From: Eledone cirrhosa
Lineage: Eukaryota
Direction of reading: 5' to 3'
DNA length: 64,000 bases
Assembly: GCA_964016885.1 (NCBI GenBank)
Contig: OZ024765.1
Span: forward strand, 19,220,001 to 19,284,000
The position numbers and the translations under genes are program-made. Shown one piece after another: positions 12,071 to 24,244 of this stretch (position 1 is its first letter; the number at the start of each line of letters is the position of its first letter). The notes beneath the pieces are model-generated. The model worked only from the letters and a program-made list of their open reading frames with translations, did not search any database and was not told the DNA's origin.

Positions 12071-12547
12071 TAAATCTATATTTAATAATTGTCTATTACC
12101 CCGGTTTCAGCATTTTATGCATTATCAAAGCGGGGAATTTGTATTGGTGTTAAATGGTGGAGAGAATATAAGGTGATGTTGAACATGTTAAGGAAATGGG
12201 GAAGAAAGAATAATTGTTTCTACTTTAGGCACAAGGCCAGCAATTACCCAGTTCATTACTGGTACTTTATTTTATCGACCCCATAAGGATGAAAGGCAAA
12301 GTTAACCTCGGCGGGATTTGAACTCAGATCGTAAAGGGACGTAACTATGCTGGAAAGCATGGCGTCCGACCCTCTACCGACACTGCCAAGAATAATGTTA
12401 TTTACAAACAAGGGTTTTGAAGGGAAAAGAAAAAAGAAAAAAAAGGGAAGTAATGTGGAACATGGTAAGGTAATGGGAAAGAAAAAATAATGTTATTTAC
12501 AGGCGTAGTTCAAAATATGTTATGGCAAGAGTGCTTAGTTAATCCAT

Positions 12548-14210
12548 GATGTATGTATATATGTGTGTGTGTATGTGTGTGTATGTATGTATGTGTGTGT
12601 ATGTATGTATGTGTGTGTATGTGTGAGTATGTATGTGTGTGTGTGTATATGTGTGTGTATATGTGTATATGTGTATATGTGTGTATATGTGTATGTATGT
12701 GTGTATGTGTATATATGTGTATGTGTGTGTATATGTGTATGTATGTGTGTATGTGTGTGTATGTGTGCATGTATATATGTATGTATGTGTGAATGCATAT
12801 ATATGTGTGTGTGTGTATGTATATGTGTGTGTATGTATGTATGTATATGTGTGTATGTGTGTATGTATATATGTGTGTATATGTGTATGTGTGTATGTAT
12901 ATATGTATATGTGCGTATGTATATATGTGTGTATGTGTGTATGTATATATGTTTGTATGTGTGTATGTATGTGTATGTGTGTATGTATATATGTATGTAT
13001 GTGTGAATACATATATATGTGTGTGTGTATGTATATGTGTGTGTATGTATGTATGTGTGTGTATGTATGTATGTATATGTGTGTATGGGTGTATGTATAT
13101 ATGTGTGTATATGTGTATGTGTGTATGTATATATGTATATGTGCGTATGTATATATGTGTGTATGTGTGTATGTATATATGTTTGTATGTGTGTATGTAT
13201 GTGTGTGTGTGTATGTATATATGTGTGTATGTATGTATGTGTGTGTGTGTATGTGTGAGTATGTACGTGTGTGTGTATATGTGTGTGTATATGTGTATAT
13301 GTGTGTATATGTGTATGTATGTGTGTATGTGTGTGTATGTGTGCATGTGCGTATGTGTGTATGTGTGTATGTATATATGTATGTATGTGTGAATGCATAT
13401 ATATGTGTGTGTGTATGTATATGTGTGTGTATGTATGTATGTATGTGTGTGTATGTATGTATGTATATGTGTGTATGGGTGTATGTATATATGTGTGTAT
13501 ATGTGTATGTGTGTATGTATATATGTATATGTGCGTATGTATGTGTGTATGTGTGTATGTATATATGTTTGTATGTGTGTATGTATGTGTGTGTGTGTGT
13601 ATATATGTGTGTATGTATGTGTGTGTGTGTGTATGTGTGTGTATGTATATGTGTGTGTATGTGTGTGTATGTATATATGTGTGTATGTGTGTATGTATAT
13701 ATGTGTGTATGTGTGTATGTATATATGTGTGTATGTGTGTATGTATATATGTGTGTATGTATGTATGTGTGTATGTGTATGTGTGTATGTGTGTATGGAT
13801 ATATGTATGTATGTGTGTATGTGTATGTGTGTATGTATATATGTGTGTATGTATATATGTGTGTATGGATATGTGTGTGTATGGATATGTGTGTGTATGG
13901 ATATGTGTGTATGTGTATGTGTGTGTATGTATGTATGTATGTGTATGTATGTATGTGTATGTGTGTATGTATGTGTGTATGTATGTGTGTATGTGTATGT
14001 GTGTATGTGTGTGTGTATGTATGTGTGTATGTGTATGTGTGTATGTGTGTGTGTATGTATGTGTGTATGTGTATGTGTGTATGTGTGTGTGTATGTATGT
14101 ATGTATGTGTATGTATGTATGTGTATGTGTGTATGTATGTGTGTATGTATGTGTGTATGTGTATGTGTGTATGTGTGTGTGTATGTATGTGTGTATGTGT
14201 ATGTGTGTAT
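12548..14210. repeat. Compound (TG)/(TATG) microsatellite
   Basis: Direct inspection. Confidence 0.95.
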
Positions 14211-14297
14211 TTGTACATTAGTACCACAACACTTCAGTCTGGAGAGTCAGTTCGTTCCTTGAAATCCTAGGATGAAAGGATTTTTGATGACATGAAG

Positions 14298-16110
14298 TGG
14301 TGTAGTGGTGGTGGTGGTGGTGGTATGTGGTGGTGGTATGTGGTGGTGGTGGTGGTGGTATGTGGTGGTGGTGGTGGTGGTATGTGGTGGTGTGGTGGTG
14401 GTGGTGGTATGTGGTGGTGGTGGTGGTGGTATGTGGTGGTGGTGGTGGTGGTGGTGGTGGTGGTGTAGTGGTGGTGGTGTGGTGGTGCTGGTGGTGTAGT
14501 GGTGGTGGTGGTATGTGGTGGTGGTGGTGGTGGTGGTGGTGTAGTGGTGGTGTAGTGGTGGTGGTGGTGGTGTAGTGGTGGTGGTGTGGTGGTGCTGGTG
14601 GTGTAGTGGTGGTGGTGGTGGTGGTGGTATGTGGTGGTGGTGGTGGTGGTGGTGGTGTAGTGGTGGTGTAGTGGTGGTGGTGGTGGTGTAGTGGTGGTGG
14701 TGTGGTGGTGCTGGTGGTGTAGTGGTGGTGGTGGTGGTGGTATGTGGTGGTGGTGGTGGTGGTATGTGGTGGTGGTGGTGGTGGTGGTGGTGTAGTGGTG
14801 GTGTAGTGGTGGTGGTGGTGGTGTAGTGGTGGTGGTGGTGGTGGTGGTGGTGGTAGTGGTATGTGGTGGTGGTGGTGGTGGTATGTGGTGGTGGTAGTGG
14901 TATGTTGTGGTGGTAGTGGTATGTGGTGGTGTGGTGGTGTAGTGGTGGTGTAGTGGTGGTGGTGGTGGTGTAGTGGTGGTGGTGGTGGTATGTGGTGGTT
15001 GTTGGTGGTGTAATGGTGGTGGTGGTGGTGGTGGTGGCGGTGGTGGTGGTATGTGGTGGTGGTGGTGGTATGTTGTGGTGGTGGTGTAGTGGTGGTGTTG
15101 GTATGTGGTGGTGGTGGTGGTGGTGTAGTGGTGGTGGTGGTATGTGGTGGTGTGGTGGTGTAGTGGTGGTGGTGGTGGTATGTGGTGGTGTGGTGGTGTA
15201 GTGGTGGTATGTGGTGGTGGTGGTGGTATGTGGTGGTGTGGTGGTGTAGTGGTGGTGGTGGTGGTGGTGGTATGTGGTGGTGGTGATGGTGGTGTAGGGG
15301 TGTGGTGGTGGTGGTGTAGTGGTGTGGTGGTGGTGTAGTGGTGGTGGTGGCGTGGTGGTGGTGGTGTAGTGGTGGTGTAGTGGTGGTGGTGGTGTAGTGG
15401 TGGTGGTGTAGTGATGGTGGTGATGTAGTGGTGGTGGTGGTGTAGTGGTGGTGGTGGTGTAGTGGTGGTGGTGTAGTGGTGGTGGTGTGGTGGTGTGGTG
15501 GTGGTGGTGTAGTGGTGGTGGTGGTGGTGGTGATGGTGATGGTGGTGATGTGGTGGTGTAGTGGTGTGGTGGTGTAGTGGTGGTGTAGTGGTGGTGCTGG
15601 TGGTGTAGTGGTAGTGGTGATGGTAGCAGTGGTGGTTGGTGGTGGTATTTGTTGGTGGTGGTGTAGTGGTGGTTGTTGGTGGTGATGGTGGCGGTGGTGA
15701 TGGTGGTGGTGGTGATGGTGGTGTAGTGGTGTGGTGGTGGTGTAGTGGTGCAGTGATAGTGGTGGTGCTGGTGGTGTAGTGGTGGTGGTGGAGGCATAGT
15801 GGCGGTGGTGTTGTGGTGTGGTGGTGGTGTTGTGGTGTAGTGGTGGTAGTGGTAGTGGTGGTGGTGGCGGTGGCAGTGGTGATGGGGGGTGATTGGGAGG
15901 GGGTAGTGGTGGTGGTGTTGGTGTTGTGGTGGTGTTGTGGTGGTGTTGTGGTGGTGTTGTGGTGGTGTGGTGGTGGTGGTAGTGGTGGTGCTAGTGGTGG
16001 TGGTGGTGGTGTAGTGGTGGTGGCAGTGGTGTAGTGGTGGCAGTGGTGTAGTGGAGGTGCTGGTGCGGTAGTGGTAGTGGTGGTGGTTGTGTAGTGGTGG
16101 CGGTGGTGAT
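14298..16110 (+). repeat. Degenerate (GGT)n microsatellite
   Basis: Direct inspection; similar tracts at 28305-29520, 31675-32190, 45245-47303 and 57067-57727. Confidence 0.95.
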
Positions 16111-16156
16111 AATGCTGATGATGATGATGATGTTAAAATATTCGAGAGTACTTTAC

Positions 16157-16226
16157 CTGTAGATCAGCTTTAATAGGGACCAGACAACAGCAAGGACCAA
16201 TAAACCCCCAAATATGAACAATATGG
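16157..16226 (-). CDS. HGSNAT: HGSNAT-like exon 5 (70 nt, phase 1 to 2), TM1: PILFIFGGLLVLAVVWSLLKLIY
   Basis: tctctttgcag acceptor and gtaaag donor; hydrophobic helix after P, as in human LPVSIAFLIGLAVIIV. Human exon 5 is also 70 nt with the same phases. Confidence 0.85.
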
Positions 16227-16469
16227 CTGCAAAGAGAGAGAAAAATCATATATTACAACTACAGACCCCACAGTTGCATAAGAGAAACCCTATACTTTAT
16301 GTTGATTACTATTTCATCAGCTCTAGTTATTTTATTTTATTATTGGTGGATTGCCAGTATCGGTAGAGGGTCAGACACCATGCCTTGCAGCAGAGAGTTA
16401 CGGCCCTTTATGGTCTGAGTTCAAATCCCGCCGGAGGTTAACTTTGCCTTTCATCCTTACGAGGTCGAT

Positions 16470-16807
16470 AAAATAAAGTACCAGTAATACACTGGGATAA
16501 TTGCTGGCCTTGTGCCAAAAGTAGAAACAATTATTATTAAATAAAGTACCAGTAATACACTGGGATAATTGCTGGCCTTGTGCCAAAAGTAGAAACAATT
16601 ATTATTAAATAAAGTACCAGTAATACACTGGGATAATTGCTGGCCTTGTGCCAAAAGTAGAAACAATTATTATTAAATAAAGTACCAGTAATACACTGGG
16701 ATAATTGCTGGCCTTGTGCCAAAAGTAGAAACAATTATTATTAAATAAAGTACCAGTAATACACTGGGATAATTGCTGGCCTTGTGCCAAAAGTAGTAAC
16801 AATTATT
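16470..16807 (+). repeat. 5 x 68-bp tandem array formed from the 3' end of a family M SINE
   Basis: aaataaagtaccagtaatacactgggataattgctggccttgtgccaaaagtagaaacaattattatt repeated. Confidence 0.9.
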
Positions 16808-17220
16808 GATATTATCGTTCTGGTTTAATACCACTCCTATATAAAAGCGATGCCTGCGTATCTTCTTCACTTTCGCGTGCTCTGATGAAAACGACTGATT
16901 ATAACAAAGTATTGGAGATCGATTGACGCAAAATCAGGCGTATTGCGAACTCTAGACCTGCCAGATCAAAGAAACAATTGTCAGCAATGTGAATAAAGCC
17001 CTTATTCTATAGCGAACCATGTCACTCTTCTTTCTTGATTTATTATTACTCCAAGTATAACCTACATAAAAATCACCGCGTACTTGCAGCATCACTATGG
17101 AAACATCTTGTTGAGTCAAACTAAGCCACATGTTAATACTATCCACTACACGGAGTACTCTAACTGGACTACATCTAAGTGGACTGCCATAACGATAACT
17201 TGTTATCCCATATACATATA

Positions 17221-17262
<42 letters not shown>

Positions 17263-17325
17263 TATATATAAATATATACATATATAAATATATACATATA
17301 TAAATATATATATATATATAAATAA

Positions 17326-17364
<39 letters not shown>

Positions 17365-17365
17365 T

Positions 17366-17638
17366 ATAATATAAGATCAAAAGATGGTTAAAGGAGTTCC
17401 ATGTATTTTATTATGCACATTTCAAAAACAAATATCATCATGCAATAATATTTGTGTTTTCATCAGATAAAACAGGAGAACATGATATGAAGGCTAAAAA
17501 ACACTTGTGGATAGTGCAGTTTTAAATCCTGTTTTATCTGATGAAAACACAAATATTATTGCATGATGATATTTGGTTTTGAAATGCGCATAATAAAATA
17601 CATGGAACTCCTTTAACCATCTTTTGATCTTATATTAT
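17366..17638. repeat. Fold-back inverted repeat (about 112-bp arms, about 48-bp spacer) of a family B hammerhead element
   Basis: 17366-17478 is the reverse complement of 17527-17638 with few mismatches; hammerhead motifs at 17406-17472(-) and 17532-17598(+). Confidence 0.9.
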
Positions 17639-18774
17639 GTATACTCCAGTCCTACAAACTGTAGAGTGCTTCTTATCCGATATCTGCATTGCTTTATTGT
17701 ACTACAATAAAACTCACCTCCTACATTATATAAATATATATATATATAAATATATATATATAAATATACATATATATACATATATGAATATATATATATA
17801 CATACAAATATATAAATACAAGCACATATATATATATATGGTGGCTGCCAACTCGTTTTCGAGTACGGCCACTACTTTATATCCATGTAGGAGAACCCCT
17901 ACCGATGCGCTGAACGAGTGTGACTTTTTAGTCCAGCCAGTGACTTGAAAACTCTGGTACAAACACTACACTTGTGACAATTATTGACACATAGTGCTGG
18001 GCCCATGGTACCATGTGACGACAAGTGCAGAGAGATCTCCAGATATAAAGCAATGCCTGTGCCGTGAAGCTTTTATACTGAGCAAAGGCACTGCACAAAG
18101 CCAGTCCCACTCTCTTAACCAAGATGATATTTACCAAAAAGAAGAACAAGTCAACATCATTGGATACCATCAGGGTTGCAGGCATTATATCAGAGTTTTC
18201 CTTCTCCTAGAATTCTGCCTTGACAAAGGCTAAGGGCTCATCTCTCCTGGTCATTTTGGATGGCCATTGACTCTTAAGAGCTCCTTTGACCTTTGATACA
18301 CACACACACATAGTTACATAAACACACACGCACACATATACATACAGAGCGAAAATGACAGAGAGACACAGAGAGAAATTAGAAAGTAAATATTAGTCAG
18401 TCATGACGTCATTACAGTAAGGGAACATAACTCTTGACAATTTATAGTTGTCTCCCATGAAATTGCAACTCTTCTTATATAGGGTGTATCAAAAGGAATC
18501 ACCAGACATACACTCGGCTCCCAAATAATAGGGCAAGGGTTGGAAATCGGTAATTTTTCCAGGTTGTTTCCGTTGATTTTCTTTAAAACCAGAATTAGTC
18601 GTTTAGTTTACATATTGAGACCCCAACCCATCCTATTTATTTTATAACATATGGGCTTATAATAATCATCATGTTCTTTACAGACAAATTATACGTTATT
18701 CTTAACTTCACCTTTTATAACAGCTTAGTGTTCGTCAATGAACATACACATACCGACCATAATTAAAAATGGAA

Positions 18775-21628
18775 TGAGCCGTGTGGAAGACATATTGAGC
18801 CGTGTGGAAGACATATTGAGCCATGTGTCGTGTGGAAGACATATTGAGCCATGTGTCGTGTGGAAGACATTGAGTCATGTGCCGTGTGGAAGACATATTG
18901 AGTCGTGTGGAAGACATATTGAGCCATGTGTCGTGTGGAAGACATATTGAGCCATGTGTCGTGTGGAAGACATATTGAGTCGTGTGTCGTGTGGAAGACA
19001 TATTGAGTCGTGTGTCGTGTGGAAGACATATTGAGCCATGTGTCGTGTGGAAGACATTGAGCCATGTGTCGTGTGGAAGACATATTGAGTCGTGTGGAAG
19101 ACATATTGAGCCATGTGTCGTGTGGAAGACATATTGAGCCATGTGTCGTGTGGAAGACATATTGAGTCGTGTGTCGTGTGGAAGACATATTGAGTCGTGT
19201 GTCGTGTGGAAGACATATTGAGCCATGTGTCGTGTGGAAGACATTGAGCCATGTGTCGTGTGGAAGACATATTGAGTCGTGTGGAAGACATATTGAGCCA
19301 TGTGTCGTGTGGAAGACATTGAGCCATGTGTCGTGTGGAAGACATATTGAGTCGTGTGGAAGACATATTGAGCCATGTGTCGTGTGGAAGACATATTGAG
19401 CCATGTGTCGTGTGGAAGACATATTGAGTCGTGTGTCGTGTGGAAGACATATTGAGTCGTGTGTCGTGTGGAAGACATATTGAGTCGTGTGTCGTGTGGA
19501 AGACATATTGAGCCATGTGTCGTGTGGAAGACATATTGAGCCATGTGTCGTGTGGAAGACATATTGAGCCATGTGTCGTGTGGAAGACATATTGAGTCGT
19601 GTGGAAGACATATTGAGCCATGTGTCGTGTGGAGGACATATTGAGTCGTGTGGAAGACATATTGAGCCATGTGTCGTGTGGAAGACATATTGAGTCGTGT
19701 GGAAGACATATTGAGCCATGTGTCGTGTGGAGGACATATTGAGCCATGTGTCGTGTGGAAGACATATTGAGCCATATGTCGTGTGGAAGACATATTGAGC
19801 CATGTGTCGTGTGGAGGACATATTGAGCCATGTGTCGTGTGGAAGACATATTGAGCCATGTGTCGTGTGGAAGACATTGAGCCATGTGTCGTGTGGAAGA
19901 CATATTGAGTCGTGTGGAAGACATATTGAGTCGTGTGGAAGACATATTGAGCCATGTGTCGTGTAGAGGACATATTGAGCCATGTGTCGTGTGGAAGACA
20001 TATTGAGCCATGTGTCGTGTGGAAGACATATTGAGTCGTGTGGAAGACATATTGAGTCGTGTGGAAGACATATTGAGCCATGTGTCGTGTGGAAGACATA
20101 TTGAACGGTTTGTTGAGACATATTAAGCCGTGTGGAGGACATATTGATCCATGTGTCGTGAGGAGGACATATTGAGCCGTGTGTTTAGACATAATGAGCC
20201 GTGTGGAAGACATATTGAGCCGTGTGGAGGGCATATTGAGCCATGTGTCGTGAGGAGGGCATATTGAGCCGTGTGTTTAGACATAATGAGCCGTGTGGAA
20301 GACATATTGAGCCTTTTGGAGGAAATATTGAGCCATGTGGAGGAAATATTGAGCCGTGTGGAAGACATATTGAGCCGTGTGGAGGAAATATTGAGCCGTG
20401 TGGAGGACATATTGAGCCATGTGTAGTGAGGAGGACATATTGAGCCGTGTGGAGGAGGGCATATTGAGCCATATGTCGTGTGGAAGACATATTGAGCGGT
20501 TTGTTGAGACATATTAAGCCGTGTGGAGAACATATTGAGCCGTGTTGAGGATATATTGAGCCATGTGCCGTGAGGAGGGCATATTGATTGGTGTGTTGAG
20601 ACATATTGAGTCGTGTTGAGACATATTGAGCCATGTGCCGTGAGGAGGGCATATTGAGTGGTGTGTTGAGACATATTGAGTCGTGTTGAGACATATTGAG
20701 CCATGTGCCGTGAGGAGGGCATATTGATTGGTGTGTTGAGACATATTGAGTCGTGTTGAGGATATATTGAGCCATGTGCCGTGAGGAGGGCACATTGAGC
20801 GGTGTGTTTAGACATAATGAGCCGTGTGGAAGACATATTGAGCCATGTGTCGTGAGGAGGGCATATTGAGCAGTTTGTTGAGACATATTAAGCCGTGTGG
20901 AGGACATATTGAGCCGTGTGGAGGACATATTGAGCCGTGTGGAGGAAATATTGAGCCATGTGTCGTGAGGAGGACATATTGAGTGGTGTGGAGGACATAT
21001 TGAGCCGTGTGTTCAGAAGAAGACATATTGAGCCGTGGTGAGGATATATTGAGCCATGTGTCGTGAGGAGGGCATATTGATTGGTGCGTTGAGACATATT
21101 GAGCCATGTGCCGTGAGGAGGGCATATTGATTGGTGTGTTGAGACATATTGAGCCATGTGCCGTGAGGAGGACATATTGATTGGTGTGTTGAGACATATT
21201 GAGTCGTGTTGAGGATATATTGAGCCATGTGCCGTGAGGAGGGCACATTGCGTGGTGTGTTGAGACATATTGAGTCGTGTTGAGACATATTGAGCCATGT
21301 GTCGTGAGGAGGGCACATTGAGTGGTGTGTTGAGACATATTGAGTCGTGTGGAGGACATATTGAGCCATGTGTCGTGAGGAGGGCACATTGAGTGGTGTG
21401 TTGAGACATATTGAGTCGTGTGGAGGACATATTGAGCCGTGTATCGTGAGGAGGGCATATTGAGTCGTGTTGAGACATATTGAGCCATGTGTCGTGAGGA
21501 GGGCATATTGAGTCGTGTTGAGACATATTGAGCCATGTGTCGTGAGGAGGGCATATTGAGTGGTGTGTTGAGATATATTGAGTCGTGTGGAGGACATATT
21601 GAGCCGTGTATCGTGAGGAGGGCATATT
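18775..21628. repeat. Complex minisatellite of 21/28-bp modules anchored on catattgag
   Basis: gagccatgtgtcgtgtggaagacatatt (28) and gagtcgtgtggaagacatatt (21) alternate, becoming more diverged to the right. Confidence 0.95.
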
Positions 21629-21907
21629 GTGCAGTTGTAAAAGTTGTAAACAAAACTTTATATTCAGACATTTACAAGTTACTGCATGATTATAGGTTCA
21701 TTTGTTTAAAAAATATACCTTTTGAAATTGGATGCTTTATTTGATATACACTGTATTACAAAAATGTATAAATATATATATAATCCAAATTAAATTAAGG
21801 ATGTCATGTCTGAGAAACATGTGCCATACCACCTGTAGAATAAGCTCAAAGATTGTAAGGGATAAATCTGAGCATTTATTAGCATTAAATTATAAATAGA
21901 TTGACAT

Positions 21908-21943
<36 letters not shown>

Positions 21944-22096
21944 ACGAAGGAAATGTGGCAAGGAACCAGATGGACCATAACGCACCAAAGTACTCAATAC
22001 TTAGGGTAGTAGAGTGGGTAATAGGAACAAGTATGACCCCGACAGCAGAGCCGTCGGGGTCATACTTGTTCCTATATATATATATATAATATAGAT

Positions 22097-22149
22097 GAGA
22101 TTCTACAGGACTAGAACTGTTTCATTCATTAGAAATCATCAGGAATCTC
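22097..22149 (-). ncRNA. Hammerhead ribozyme motif, family A, sense to HGSNAT intron 4
   Basis: Minus strand: gagattc-CTGATGA-tttctaatgaat-GAAA-CAG-ttctagtc-CTG-TA-gaatctc. The 7-bp stem I covaries relative to the 692-742 copy. Confidence 0.72.
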
Positions 22150-22158
22150 CGGAATAAC

Positions 22159-22218
<60 letters not shown>

Positions 22219-22829
22219 AACACATCAAACAATTACAGGGGATAATTTGTAATTGTTATACATACTGCTCCTAAATAATAGACTTTTTTTTATGTTGAAA
22301 GGACTTGGCTGCTAGTTCTAGCTGTTGATAATCCTATTCACGTCACTGGCTTGATGGGGGAGGGGGAAATGTGTATTTTTTTTATAAAAACCACACGTGC
22401 TTTTCGTCATTTCCAGATTTACTTTAGGCGTGTAATCACAAATAGTTAAATCTCCTTCTTTGCCGATAATCCGGGATTTGACTTCCGTGATTTACCAATT
22501 ATTTTGTATAGTGTTTATGTATATGTATGTATTTATATTTACATAGTGAAACATTGATAAGTTACCTCCCTTTGCGTGACATACAAAAGCACGAGAGCAT
22601 CATATATTAGTAGACACCATGCTTTGCAGCAAAGAGTTACGGCCCTTTATGATCCGAATTCAAATCCCGCCGAGGTTAACTTTGCCTTTCATTCTTACGG
22701 GGTCGATAAAATAAAGTACCAGTAATGCACTGGGTAATTGTTGGCCTTGTACCAAAAGTAAAAAAATTATATATTAGTAGATTATGTTGCAAGATTTATA
22801 TTAAAACGCCAGAACCAGTCTTGGCTGGT

Positions 22830-23099
22830 CAAGTGGCTTTAAATGGCTTTAAATGGCTGGTCAAATGGCTGGTCAAATGGCTTTAAATGGCTGGTCAAAT
22901 GGCTGGTCAAATGGCTTTAAATGGCTGGTCAAATGGCTGGTCAAATGGCTTTAAATGGCTGGTCAAATGGCTGGTCAAATGGCTTTAAATGGCTGGTCAA
23001 ATGGCTGGTTAAATGGCTTTAAATGGCTGGTCAAATGGCTTTAAATGGCTTTAAATGGCTGGTCAAATGGCTGGTCAAATGGCTGGTCAAATGGCTTTA
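22830..23099. repeat. Minisatellite of 12-bp (aaatggctggtc) and 10-bp (aaatggcttt) units
   Basis: Direct inspection; begins about 20 bp into intron 4. Confidence 0.9.
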
Positions 23100-23118
23100 A
23101 AATATCAAGATTACTTAC

Positions 23119-23234
23119 GGTAGTTTTGATTGGCTGGCTTGTTAGCCAATAATATGTCACAGTAGCCATTGGTATAACTGGTATAGTTGATGAAAGACCA
23201 GTAATCTCCCCCTTCTAAGAAATGATGGGTTAAG
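23119..23234 (-). CDS. HGSNAT: HGSNAT-like exon 4 (116 nt, phase 2 to 1): LTHHFLEGGDYWSFINYTSYTNGYCDILLANKPANQNY
   Basis: tctctatttgtag acceptor and gtaagt donor; aligns by eye with human LEYRFGEFGNYSLLV...CDLAVNEDPVDSNLP. Confidence 0.88.
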
Positions 23235-23739
23235 CTACAAATAGAGAACAAATTTATTTATTGCTTTCTGTCAATATGGTTGGGGGGAAGGGGTGATGTT
23301 GGTGATAGGGGGGAGGGGATGATGTTGGTGGTGGTGGAGGGGGTCATGAGGAGAGGTGAGAGATGATATATGTACTACTGTGTGACATATATATGTGTGT
23401 GTGTATGTGTGTGTGTGTGTCTGTGTGTGTCCGTGTGTGTGTGTCTGTATATGTGTGTATATGTGTGTCCGTGTGTGTGTGTGTGTCTGTATATGTGTGT
23501 CTGTGTGTGTCCTTGTGTGTGTGTGTGTGTGTATGTGTGTATATGTGTGTCTGTGTATGTGTATATGTGTGTCTGTGTGTGTGTGTATATGTGTGTGTGT
23601 GTCCGTGTGTGTGTATGTGTGTCTGTGTGTGTGTATGTGTATATGTGTGTGTGTGTCCGTGTGTGTGTATATATATATATAGTTGATTTAAACCAAATGA
23701 AACAGTTGTAGTCCTATAAAAGATATTTCTATGAGATTA

Positions 23740-23810
<71 letters not shown>

Positions 23811-23998
23811 TTATATGTATATATATATATATAACGAAGGAGGTGTGGTAAGGAACCAGATGGACCATAACGCACCAGAGTACTCAATACTTAGGGTAGT
23901 AGAGTGGGTAATAGGAAAATGTTTGACCCCGACAGCAGTAGTCCAGAAATAGCCATCGAAACGGCTTGAACTCTGCCGTCGGGGTCTTGAACATTTTC

Positions 23999-24106
<108 letters not shown>

Positions 24107-24161
24107 GAGAAACAATTATAGAAATGGATAGATAAACAGATAGATAGCTAGATAGACAAAG

Positions 24162-24216
<55 letters not shown>

Positions 24217-24244
24217 TAGCTAGAGATTGATAGACTTAATTTTT

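Noticed and set aside
14220-14266. Minus-strand island with catcctag acceptor (ISRNELTLQTEVL) as an alternative exon 6
   Set aside because: Weak donor and wrong end phase; 10778-10850 fits better.
14247-16034. Long poly-Thr/His/Pro/Val ORFs (also 28300-29341, 45141-47428, 56997-57809)
   Set aside because: (GGT)n tracts lack stops by composition; these are not mucin or extensin genes.
17975-18290. Unique-looking islands (also 40540-40800, 43447-43590, 48940-49200)
   Set aside because: Stops in most frames; traces such as KACNPDGI, HLCFIDLE and WLQRG suggest ancient LINE debris, too decayed to call.
18735-21671. Repeat-spacer appearance (CRISPR-like) and 400-500-aa ORFs in three frames
   Set aside because: Spacers are recurrent variants rather than unique sequences, there are no cas genes, and the context is eukaryotic; the ORFs are repeat artefacts.
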